DNA from: Octopus sinensis
Taxonomy: Eukaryota
Assembly (NCBI RefSeq): GCF_006345805.1
Contig: NC_043000.1
Location: 154,690,001 to 154,754,000 of the forward strand
Reading direction: 5' to 3'
Length of the DNA stretch: 64,000 bases
The position numbers and the translations under genes were made by a program. This document shows positions 14,774 to 26,229 of the stretch, piece by piece. Numbering within the stretch: the stretch's first letter is position 1; each line of letters begins with the position of its first letter. The notes beneath the pieces were generated by a model. It was not told where the DNA came from. It saw only the letters and a program-made list of their open reading frames with translations, and searched no databases.

Positions 14774-15573
14774 TAAAAGTATTGAATGCTTCACGAATTT
14801 GTATGATCAAAAAGCCATATATCAGTGAGGGGGGCCGGTGCGCATTGATGCCGTCGAGAGGTAGGCCCCAAAACGGCACGCATTCTCTCCTGATGACCCC
14901 ATACACTTGCTAGCTTCCGGTATACGGAGCTTTTAACTGGTAGCACTTGCATGTGCAAGTTGTTTGCAAGACATCTAGTTGTTCTTGTTATTCAAGCTCT
15001 ATATGATCAAAAGTATTCCAGCTATGATCGTATCCATCTTTTTCTCCAGACATTATATACAATAAACTACAGACAATTGTGTGTGATTTGAGAGAAATTG
15101 AATTGCTTTTTAAAGTCATTTATGGCCTAACATTTGAACCTTGCTGTAAAGTATTACAACATGTATAAAACTTGTTGGCTGGTATATGCTGTAATACTTT
15201 ATAAGGGTGCTGGTATGTCACCCAAGTGGGACAAGATGCCTATCACATGAAAGATAATGTCTTTTAATTCTGTGAGTGAAATATCTGCAGAATCAGCAGT
15301 CATGAAATTCTGTGAAGTGGCCATGAGAATGATGCTATCAATATACTGATTTCTGTCATGCTAAATTCCGCCAGTTCATTTACCTGTGGTATGAACAGGT
15401 ATGAATAAAGGAAGAAATGATCCACTGTTGGAAACAAGAAGTGAGTGGAAGCTTGCAAGTAGTTTAGTGGTTTTCTAAACCAAGATCATATATTTTCTAA
15501 TATATCTACTTGTATAAACTCTATGTTTTGTAGTATCTTTTAAATTTATGCTCATGCAAATATTGAAACAATA

Positions 15574-15989
15574 GGTGCAGGAGTGGCTGCGTGGTAAGTA
15601 GCTTGCAAACCAGCCACATGGTTCCGGGTTCAGTCCCACTGCGTGGCATCTTGGGCAAGTGTATTCTGCTATAGCCCAGGGCCGACCAATGCCTTGTGAG
15701 TTGATTTGGTAGACAGAAACTGAAAGAAGCCTGTCGTATATATGTATATATATATATATGTGTGTGTGTATGTGCTTGTGTGTCTGTGTTTGTCCCCCTA
15801 GCATTGCTTGACAACTGATCCTGGTGTGTTTACGTCCCCGTCACTTAGCGGTTCGGCAAAAGAGACTGATAGAATAAGTACTGGGCTTGCAAAGAATAAG
15901 TCCCGGGGTCGATTTGCTCGATTAAAAGGCGGTGCTCCAGCATGGCCGCAGTCAAATGACTGAAACAAGTAAAAGAGAGTAAAGAGTAA
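15574..15989 (+). mobile_element. SINE family A
   Basis: Full-length match to 13697-14113. Confidence 0.9.
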
Positions 15990-16697
15990 ATATTTTGCCC
16001 ACTAGCTTCTACTATAAAATGAAATGCTACACATTTCATAGATTGAAGCAAACAATGTTTATTGACCGAGGCTGCAATAAAATGTTAGTGACAGGATTTG
16101 AAACTAAGACTTGTATATTAGTCTTCTAATATTCTAACCACTATAACTACAATATTTTCTAATACTGATTAGCTACATGGCTGGCCTGAAAGCGAGGCTT
16201 TCAGTCTAATCATGTTTATTGTATGAAGTGTAAGTTTTGATACTTTTCAGTAAAAATAATAATAAATGATTAAATACAAGTTAAAGTGCCTCCTGTTAAG
16301 TAAAAAAAAAAAAAATGATAAATGAATACGAAAATATATAAAAGAAGAACATTCAATATCATTGAAGAAAAAATATTTACCAGTTAAGAAAACAAAAGAA
16401 AACATGCATTCGTTTCTCATTTATTTCTTAATAGTACTACAGTATGAAGTGTCAAAAAATTTTATTGCACACTTGTGACTTGCACATTCATACAATTCCA
16501 TTGCATCTCTTTTTGACGCTTCATAACAGACTGTATTACGAAATAAACTGAAATTGAATATAACAGTTTTTGTGTTCTCAAATGGCTAAAATGAATCTTC
16601 CATGATGTAATTATTACAGCTTCAACATACCCTCTTAGATAAAGTCACTTGCAAAGCAAGTATACCACTGAAACATTTAATATATATATATATATGA

Positions 16698-17097
16698 CTA
16701 GCAGTATCACCCGGCGTTGCTCGGGTTTGTAAGGGAAATAACTATATAAGCATTTTTAGAGAGTTATAGCCAAAAAATAGCAAAAAAATGCATTAAAAAT
16801 GGAAAAAAAATGATGGTAATTTTTTTTTAAATCGTTGACTCATCGTAGACATTTTTAGAGGGTTACTTCCCTTATATAATAGCGAAAAAAATGCATTAAA
16901 AATGGGAAAAAATGATGGTAATTTTTTTAAATCGTAGACTCATCATAGACGCACGCTAATACCCAGAAAGGCTCGATATGAATCACGACTATAAGATACC
17001 CAGTTTTGGTTAAACTGCACCGCAAAATGTGGGAGTAGTTAGGAATCTAAATCATAGGAGACAGACACTCACACAACTTGACTTTTATATATAAAGA
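16698..17097 (-). mobile_element. Non-autonomous Helitron
   Basis: TC...hairpin...CTAG on the minus strand, inserted at A|T; internal tandem duplication. Confidence 0.85.
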
Positions 17098-17171
17098 TGT
17101 AATTCACTCGAGGCAAGCAAATGAAGAAGAAGAAGAAGAAGAACAATATTGCAATGGTTTGATATTCTTAC

Positions 17172-17315
17172 CAGTGGGAACGTTTGTTGAATCTGCACAT
17201 GTTGTTGTCACAGGAGCGGTTGTGGTATGGGGTGTATTAGGGGTCGAGTTCCCTACCAGTGGAGCATGAGGTGTCATTATGAGACTAGAAAGGGCAGTTG
17301 TAGCTGCCGGGGAAT
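17172..17315 (-). CDS. Internal 144-nt exon (phase 1-1): (D)SPAATTALSSLIMTPHAPLVGNSTPNTPHTTTAPVTTTCADSTNVPT
   Basis: Acceptor ttctgttttctatctctttgcag|, donor ACTG|gtaaga, open frame, elevated GC; splices in frame to 12735. Confidence 0.85.
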
Positions 17316-17645
17316 CTGCAAAGAGATAGAAAACAGAGGAACTGGTGAGGAATTGCCATTTAGCTAAAACACTCATTTAACATTTATCTTTGTATTGCAT
17401 GTCAGCTGGTGATTAATTGCTATAGATATAGATATACACATACAGAGGTATATGACGATCAATTTATATGTATGTATATATATATATATATATAATTAAT
17501 ATAGGATAAAATTTTTTTCGGGAAAAAAAATTTTATCATTGGCCAGCATATCAAAAAATGCCTTTAAAGGTAAAATTTATACGTAATTTACAAGATAAGG
17601 GCAGAAGAAAAATTCTTCATTAGAATTTTTCTTCTGCCTTATCTT

Positions 17646-17685
<40 letters not shown>

Positions 17686-17782
17686 TATATACATACATAC
17701 ATACATACATACACATACACATATATATTAATATGGTTATATATGATGATATATGTATACACACACACACACATATATATAT

Positions 17783-18525
17783 GGTCGAATCAATAACCAT
17801 CCGAACTGTTGCCATAGTAACAAAGCTAAAGCATGCAGAGTAAAGCTGTTGGGCACAGATTGGACCTTGAACTCTGCTGTGCATGCACACTAAGTTTTAA
17901 TGTTCAAGCTTACTTCTACTGTTTACAGCAGTGCTTGGAAGGAAGATGTGTAGCATGTGATCACCACATTGACCATGACAGAGAAAGCTGAGCAGAGAAT
18001 CTGCATCAAATTTTGCCAAAATCTTGACGATATCTGCTCAGAGGCCTGCGCAAAGTTTTCAAAAATTTTTCATCATTCTTGACACAATCAAAGAGATCTT
18101 GTGCAACTGAAGCCCAGGTGTCTTTTTGATCAGCTGAAAGTAGTCTTGGCACAAACTTGACAGATATGCATCTCATAACCAAATATTCAGTCATAAACTG
18201 AACTGTAACACATCTGCACATCCTCTGATAACTCACAGATGGTTATTCAATGATTTCCCCTCACAGCTTCACTCACATCTGTGATGTTTTACTCAGTTCT
18301 GCTGGTTGCAGGGCTTCCTGAACGTTCATCAATATCGACATTTTTTCGGGCATCTTGGAAACGTCTGAACCACTCATACACACCTCTCCACACACCTTCT
18401 GCAATTTTGTGTAGGCTTCTGAGTAAGTAACGCCATGACAAAACTTTTTCTGTCATGGTCAATGCAATGATCACATGCTACACACCTTCCTTCCAAGCAC
18501 TGCTGTAAACAGTGGAAGTGAACAA
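17783..18525 (-). mobile_element. Mariner transposon derivative with an inverted duplication of its 5' end
   Basis: Minus: VYEWFRRFQDARKNVDIDERSGSPATS and MRCISVKFVPRLLSADQKD (WVPRxL-like motif). Plus, from 17975: MTEKAEQRICIKFCQNL. 17915-17990 is an inverted copy of about 18445-18520. Confidence 0.85.
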
Positions 18526-18530
18526 TAATG

Positions 18531-18565
<35 letters not shown>

Positions 18566-18684
18566 GTAACAAATCAGTTGAGCACAAATAAAACAGCCAT
18601 AATATAATAACAAATAATAATAAAAACATTAACCATAAAGTACACAGAATCTCCGAAGGAAATTGCACGACATTCAAGTCAGTA

Positions 18685-18729
<45 letters not shown>

Positions 18730-18864
18730 TATATATATATGTATAATATATGATATATATATATATGTATATATGATATATATAATGTATATATATATGT
18801 ATAATATATGATATATATATATATATATATATATGATATATATATGTATATATATATGTATAAT

Positions 18865-18905
<41 letters not shown>

Positions 18906-18929
18906 GTATATATATATGTATAATATATG

Positions 18930-18969
<40 letters not shown>

Positions 18970-20095
18970 AGCTACTGTAACACTAGAAATAATTTTATAT
19001 ATCAACATTTAAGACTGTTATGTTAATTTCTATATACAAACCTTACATATATTCATAATTTTAAGGAATTTATAGTAAATTTCCATATTGGCAGGCTTTT
19101 CAGCACAAACTAATGTTGTAAGATATATGGTGATAATCTGTATCAGCAACAATGGATCATAAGAGAGAGTTCAAAGAAGGATTTGATAAGTTCATGGCAA
19201 TTGAACTAATCAAACCACTCTTTGAAAATATATAAAGTTCTGAATTTCCATGTGTATGAAGGTCATCAAAAGTACTGAACTGTATATTCTCCCAATATAA
19301 GAAAGATGAATAAGTTGATTGAAGAATTGAGCAAGTTGTTGATTTGTCACAGGGAATGAAACAATCTATTTTTTGGAGCACTTTCTCTTTTTCCATAAGA
19401 GAGACTGCATAGAAGTGTTATTGTTTTGGTTTGTATGAAGTCAATAAGGGAAAAAAAAAAACAGGCGGGGAGGGAAATTTGCTTCAAGTAGTACTGACAT
19501 CTTCATTCCTTACCATCTCTAAAATGAAATCTGCATGTTACAAGTCCTAAATCTTAGGATAAGCATATGATAAAATAAAGATAAGTTTGTCCTAGAGATG
19601 GTCCAGTTGGCTGGTTTCAACCATTCTGCTTCAGAGTATAAGCAAATTACAATGGTTTTTGTACGAAAATTAAGACTTGTGAAATTGATGCCATTAACAT
19701 TCTGCTACGGTTGATGTAGTAGACAATAACAAAAATATCTAAACAAACCATTTCTTATTTCTTTTGGAAAAATAAAAACACAGGCAAGATTTTTACTATG
19801 GATTTATATTTCGTTTTTCATCCACTCCTATCGATACAAATAAGAAGAACCAAGGGAAGTGCAAAGAGATATTTATAACATTTATGGCTTTCTAAAGGGC
19901 ATTATCATTTGAAGAGAAGCAAAATAGCTCCAGTTATGAATGAAATCTAATTAGGCTTAGTGCACTGATTGTTTACATCTATTGTACAGTAATCACCTCT
20001 ACGTATCCATATTACCATGTCCTTTTCCAATTGAATATAAGGATATAAGGAAGTAACTGCAACAACATAAGGATACTTTTCTGACTGTATTAATA

Positions 20096-20482
20096 GTGAC
20101 ACTCCGTCGGTTATGATGATGAGGGTTCCAGTTGATCTGATCAATGGAACAGCCTGCTCGTGAAATTAGCACGCAAGTGGCTGAGCACTCCACAGACATG
20201 TGTACCCTTAACGTAGTTTTCAGGGAGATTCAGCTTCAGCGTGACACAAAGAGTGACAAGGCCGGCCCTTTGAAATACAGTTACAACAGAAACAGAAAGA
20301 AAGAGTGAGAGAAAGTTGTGGTAAAAGAGTACAGCAGGGTTCGCCCCCCCCCCCTACCAGAGCCTCATGGATCTTAAAGTGTTTTCGCTCAATAAACACT
20401 CACAACGCCTGGTCTGGGAATTGAAAGCGTGATCCTACAACCGCGAGTCCACTGCCCTATCAACTGGGCCATTGCACCTCTC
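20096..20482 (-). mobile_element. tRNA-derived SINE family C
   Basis: Reverse complement of 39887-40270; TSD CTGTATTAATA (20085-20095, 20483-20493). Confidence 0.85.
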
Positions 20483-20640
20483 CTGTATTAATACATTGTT
20501 ACCAAAGGCAGAATCATACCTGAGTAAAACTTAAATCAATTAGATTAGAGCAACAAGACCGAAAACCATTACTAAAAGGTCTAATATCAAAACAAGATAA
20601 TAATTATCAAGAGGATGCTGTGGCATCAAATATGATGCAT

Positions 20641-21219
20641 TTGTGGCCTATGCCAGGGGTGTAACTGGTCCACTTATGAGTGCCTTTCCTTCATTGGACA
20701 CTAAACTCTGCTTGCGAAGACTTGTTGAGGCAAGTGAAATCGAAATCAAACTCGGTGACTGGCATCCGTTGCTAGTGGAGCACTAAGAGTACCATACGAG
20801 TGAGATCATTGCCAGAGCAACAAGCTGGCCTTCGTGCCGATGGCACGTTAAAAACACCATTCAAGCGTGATCGTTACCTGCGTTACCTTACTAGCACTTG
20901 TGCTGGTGGCATGTGAAAAAACATTCGAGTGAGGTAGTTGCCAGTGCCGCTGAACTGGCTCCTGTGCAGGTGGCACATAAAAAGCACCATTTGAGCGTGG
21001 CCGTTGCCAGTACCACCTGACTGGCCCTCGTACCGGTGGCACATAAAAGCACCCATTACACTCTAGGAATGGTTGGCGTTAAGAAGGGCATCCAGCTGTA
21101 GAAACTCTGCCAGATCAGATTGGAGTCTGGTGCAGCCATCTGGTTCACCAGACCTCAGTCAAATCGTCCAACCCATGCTAGCATGGAAAGCGGACATTAA
21201 ACGATGATGATGATGATGA
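20641..21219 (+). mobile_element. RTE LINE 3' UTR with an internal tandem array of about 62-bp units and a (GAT)n tail
   Basis: Collinear with the UTR that follows the RTE ORF at 43121-44188. Confidence 0.85.
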
Positions 21220-21493
21220 ACATTATAAAGTAAATTTGAAGGTTATTTTGTAGAATTACAAAATTATGTGATGAGTGGTACATTATAAAATGTTGTAATG
21301 ACTTGGATACTAAAATTATGTTTCAAAGAAGCAGGTGGCTCTTATCTACAAAATTTCTCTTTAATTTTGTCTATATTTTAAATATTGTTGGAAGATTTAT
21401 TTAATGGCGGCTGTATCTTCTGTCTCCTATTCTACTGCCAACCAAAAAAAAAAAAAAAAAAAATCCTCTGTTTCACATCCAGACCCTACACTG

Positions 21494-21573
21494 TTATCTA
21501 ATCCTTTTTTTCACAACATTGCTTCTCCTTAAAATTCCCCGCTTGCCTACGGTTTTCTTTTTAACTATATAAC
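21494..21573 (-). CDS. Candidate alternative terminal exon (G)YIVKKKTVGKRGILRRSNVVKKRIR*
   Basis: Acceptor gttctgttttatatacttgcag|; only the phase-1 frame is open; unique CpG-containing sequence. Confidence 0.35.
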
Positions 21574-21886
21574 CTGCAAGTATATAAAACAGAACATCTC
21601 TACTGCTCAGGCAATAATGAACGAATAACGAATACTGCTTTAGCTATTCTTCCACAGATTAATGAATAATAAACAAGCAAAACAAGAACGTTTCTACTAC
21701 CGTTTAAGTGACAAATTCGAGTAATAGAATTATACAATAACCTGGTTACAACATAATATATTGTATTAGCTTTGCTTTTGTCTTGCTTAAATGGAAGGAA
21801 TACAGAGAAAATGTTTGAATATCAGCACATAATTTCCATAGATATTTTCTTTCTTTGTTGCATCCAAAACAAAATGGTATATTCAC

Positions 21887-21943
21887 CTTGTTGCTGTTGT
21901 TGTTGTTGTTGTTGTTGCTGTTTAGTTGTATGTTGTTTAACTA
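21887..21943 (-). CDS. Candidate poly-Q exon (VKQHTTKQ11), phase-1 donor; 5' boundary uncertain
   Basis: Mixed CAA/CAG run ending at CAAG|gtgaat; the acceptor (gtgtcag) has a poor pyrimidine tract. Confidence 0.25.
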
Positions 21944-21977
21944 CTGACACTCCACTCCATGTATGGAAATATATATT

Positions 21978-22018
<41 letters not shown>

Positions 22019-22100
22019 AACACACACACACACATACACACATACATACATACACACATACACACACACATATATACATACATACATATATACACACACA

Positions 22101-22131
<31 letters not shown>

Positions 22132-22147
22132 GCATGCATGCATACAT

Positions 22148-22180
<33 letters not shown>

Positions 22181-22644
22181 TACATACATACATACATACA
22201 TACATACATACATACATAAACATACATACACACATACATATTTACATACATACATACACACATACATGCATACATAGAACTTGATACTGGCTGACTGTAG
22301 AGGTGCTTTGTTGGTTTGTAATGCTTCATTTAACCGTTTCTGTGGGGGAAATGTAACCTTCTTAAGCACTAGAATTATACCCAGCCATTAGAAAATGGTT
22401 TCATGTATTTCCCAGAAGAATAATGGAACCAACAAACTGAAGAATCTGTCATGCAACGCTAAACCATGCCCATAAGAACATGGAACCATGTTTTAATGAT
22501 AATGATGATGATGATGAGGAGGAAGAGGAAGAAGAGAAAGAGATGGAGGAGGAGTAAGAAGAGAAAGAGATGGAGGAGGAGTAAGAAGAGGAGGAGGAGG
22601 ATGGAGGGAACTGCCATCTTATTGCCATAAACATTATCTCTCTC

Positions 22645-22675
<31 letters not shown>

Positions 22676-22880
22676 TTGTGTGTCTGTGTTTGTCCCCCTA
22701 GCATTGCTTGACAACCGATGCTGGTGTGTTTATGTCCCCGTTACTTAGTGGTTTGGCAAAAGAGTCCGATAGAATAAGTACTGGGCTTATAAGACCCAGG
22801 GTCGAGTTGCTCATTTAAAGGCAGTGCTCCAGCATGGCCGCAGTCAAATGACTGAAACAAGTAAAAGAGTAAAGAGTAAA
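22645..22880 (+). mobile_element. SINE family A, 3' half
   Basis: Matches the post-microsatellite half of family A. Confidence 0.85.
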
Positions 22881-23988
22881 TGCTTATGGGCAATCTGTAA
22901 AAATACAATGTCCAAGGAAACTAATGGTGGTCTGCTTTGCCAGGTGAAAGGAATGGATATTTTTGGCTCTTATTAGGTCATATCAGTTGAGAGGTCTACC
23001 TGAGTTTGTTGACAGAGTTTTATGAATAGATAAAGCACTGCAACAACATGAGGATACTGTTCTTCCTGTATTAATACATTGTTACCAAAATCAGAATTAT
23101 ACCCGAGTAAAACTTAAATCAATTAGATTAAAGCAACAAGACTTTTGTTTAGACCGAAAACCATTACTAAAATGTCTAATATCAAAACAAGATATTTTAT
23201 TCATAAGTTTTATGACTAGATAAAGCACTGAAAAAAATTAGGGGCTGTATCCTCTGCATAAATACAAAATGTGAACTAAAGGAAAAAACTGAAATTAGCC
23301 AATGTGTGAATCAAAATTGGATTGGTGATGATATACTGAATATTGAATGATATACGCTAAAAAATTCTAAAGAAGTGAAATTGATTAAATTTTTTTTAGA
23401 TTTGCTTACAACTTACCACTAGTTTTTCTTTGCTTTTCTTTTTCCAGCTAAAGATAAATTTGAATTTATTTAACAGCATTTTACAGATACCATTCAGAAC
23501 ATCATCGCCTACCTGATTTATCTAAATTAATGACGCTGTTGGACCGTTTGGGTTACTTCCTTTAGATGTTTTGTAATTTTGAAAACTATCTTGGTACAAA
23601 ATTTTGTATTTTTCTACTTGAGTGCATGAATGATGAGGCACTGATGAGATGAGATGAGATGAGATGAGAGAAAATCTAAGTGTAAGAGGAATCAGATATA
23701 CTGTACAAAATAAAAAAAAAAAATGACATCTGTATTTGCATGGACAAGTAATGTGTGTTGATGATGACAGCTGGGCAAAGAAGTGTTAGAAGATTCATTT
23801 GAAAGTAGTAGTAATTGCACTAGCATAGCTAGAGTTTGTGCTGCCTGGGGTGGCCCTTCAGTCTGCAGCTCCTGGGTCCCCACAAAAAAATACATATTGC
23901 CTACAGCGGACCCCAAAGTGGTGCTACCTCCAGAAAAGTGCTGCCTGGGGCAGACTGCCTCCTCTGCCCCCTTCTAGATACACTAGTG

Positions 23989-24189
23989 CAGTACTTTTCA
24001 AACTTATTACTGGAGCGGAACCCCAAGGAAACATTCCACTGGTTCGAGGATCCCCTGTGCAATAATTTAATAGTCTTGTGCACACATATCTGCACAGGAG
24101 AATTAAAAATTATTGCCGATTTTAGCAGTTTTGTATCTTCTTGCGGAACCCCTGGACTGTACTGGCGGAACCCTGCTTGAAAATCACTG
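23989..24189. mobile_element. hAT (Charlie-like) MITE
   Basis: TIRs CAGTACTTTTCAA / TTGAAAATCACTG; perfect 8-bp TSD CACTAGTG (23981-23988, 24190-24197). Confidence 0.85.
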
Positions 24190-24419
24190 CACTAGTGAGT
24201 AGTTGCATGAGGGCGGGGGCATGTGCTGTAACTGCACATTACTACATCTATCATTTGTTGGTGATTCCCAACTCCTGGTAGATGACACCTTTGCCCTGCT
24301 CAGGCAACAACCTTCCAATCCATGATTCTGTTTGGGAAGTCATTACTGAAGAGGATTTTTTTATGAGGCTGGAGTAAAAATCCTCTCTCGACTACTTTTA
24401 TTTGCCTTTTATGACATAC

Positions 24420-24832
24420 TCTTACGCTTTACTCTTTTACTTGTTTCAGTCAGTTGACTGCGGCCATGCTGGAGCACCGCCTTTAGTCGAGCAACTTGAC
24501 CCCGGGACTTATTCTTTGTAAGCCCAGTACTTATTCTATCAGTTTCTTTTGCTGAACCGCTAAGTGACGGAGACATAAACACACCAGCATCGGTTGTCAA
24601 GCAATGCTAGGGGGACAAACACAGACACACAAACATACACACACATACATATATATATATATGCATATATACGACGGGCTTCTTTCAGTTTCCGTCTACC
24701 AAATCCACTCACAAGGCTTTGGTCGGCCCGAGGCTATAGCAGAAGACACTTGCCCAATGTGCCATGCAGTGGGACTGAACCCGGAACCATGTGGTTGGTA
24801 AGCAAGCTACTTACCACCTTGCCACTCATGCG
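24420..24832 (-). mobile_element. SINE family A
   Basis: Reverse-complement match to family A. Confidence 0.9.
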
Positions 24833-25356
24833 CCAAAGAAAATGTTATTGTCTATTCTTCGACATGCAAATTCCCACACAACACTAGGGCAATGTGAAAT
24901 AAAGTGTTTTGCTCAAGTGCACAACGTGCCACCTGTGAGCAAAACACGTGAGCCACCAGGCCATGCACCCTCACATGTGGACAGAAACCACCGAAATGAA
25001 AAGCTAAGAAAGATACAGACGGAAATAGTGAAAGCTTATCTCAGGGTGCCGAACCTCACACAGGAGATGTGACTTCAGCAGTAAGCAGGCAGACTTTATA
25101 ATATGAACCAAGGTAGATTACTCTCACAGAAGTTAAAGAGTAAGTGGATGTAATTAGATGCATGCCAAAACTGAAAGCTTGAATATACATTATGAATAAT
25201 CATATGTTTGCCAACACAACAGATCATATACTCATCTGATATTCAGTGCATGTGTATGTACAAGCACATGTATATATGTATACTCCTCACATATACAACA
25301 CACAATATGTACATATTTCAAGTATTGTACTTGCCAGGCAAGTGATTTCATCTGAG

Positions 25357-25818
25357 ACTCTTTACTCTTTACTCTTTTACTTGTTTCAGTCATTTGACTG
25401 CGGCCATGCTGGAGCACCACCTTTAGTCGAGCAAATCGACCCCGGGACTTATTCTTTGTAAGCCCAGTACTTATTCTATCGGTCCCTTTTTGCCGAACCG
25501 CTAAGTGACGGGGACGTAAACACACCAGCATCGGTTGTCAAGTGATGGTGGGGGGACAAACACAGACACACAAACATATACACACACATACATATACATA
25601 TATATATATATATATATATAATATATATATATACATATATATACATATATATACGACAGGCTTCTTTCAGTTTCCGTCTACCAAATCCACTCACAAGGCA
25701 TTGGTCGGCCTGAGGCTATAGCAGAAGACACTTGCCCAAGATGCCACGCAGTGGGACTGAACCCGGAACCATGTGGTTGGTAAGCAAACCACTTACCACA
25801 CAGCCACTCCTGCGCCTA
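25357..25818 (-). mobile_element. SINE family A
   Basis: Reverse-complement match to family A. Confidence 0.9.
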
Positions 25819-25924
25819 TGTGTGTGATGCTAAAACAATTGTGTGGAAGACACATATTAGCCTTTCTAAAACAGACAAAGGCTTTTAACTTCACTTAAAC
25901 ATTTATTATTTGGTGTCAAAATTT

Positions 25925-26229
25925 TGTTGCACAGACTCAAGAAAACTTGCCCACCACAAGAGAGCTGAGATCCTAAAACCAAGGTACCACATAAAAAGCA
26001 TTGGTGTGGGTGCTTGTACCATGTAAAAAGCACTGGTGATGGAGCCATGTAAAAAGCACCCAGTACTCTCTGTAAAGTGGTTGGCATTAGGAAGGGCATC
26101 TATCCATAGAAACCAAGCCAAGACAGACTATGGAACTTGGTGTGATCCCTGACCTTGCCAGTTCCTGTCAAGTCATCTAACCCATGCCAGCATAGAAAAT
26201 GGATGTTAAATGTTGATGATGATGATGAT
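25925..26229 (+). mobile_element. Older RTE-type 3' end
   Basis: GTGGTTGGCATTAGGAAGGGCATC...AACCCATGCCAGCAT...(GAT)n. Confidence 0.75.

Noticed and set aside
19157-19396. 79-aa minus-strand ORF
   Set aside because: AT-rich, no credible donor, no recognisable similarity.
20830-21056. CRISPR-like repeat/spacer appearance
   Set aside because: Spacers are homologous to each other, the array lies in an RTE 3' UTR, there are no cas genes, and the DNA is eukaryotic.
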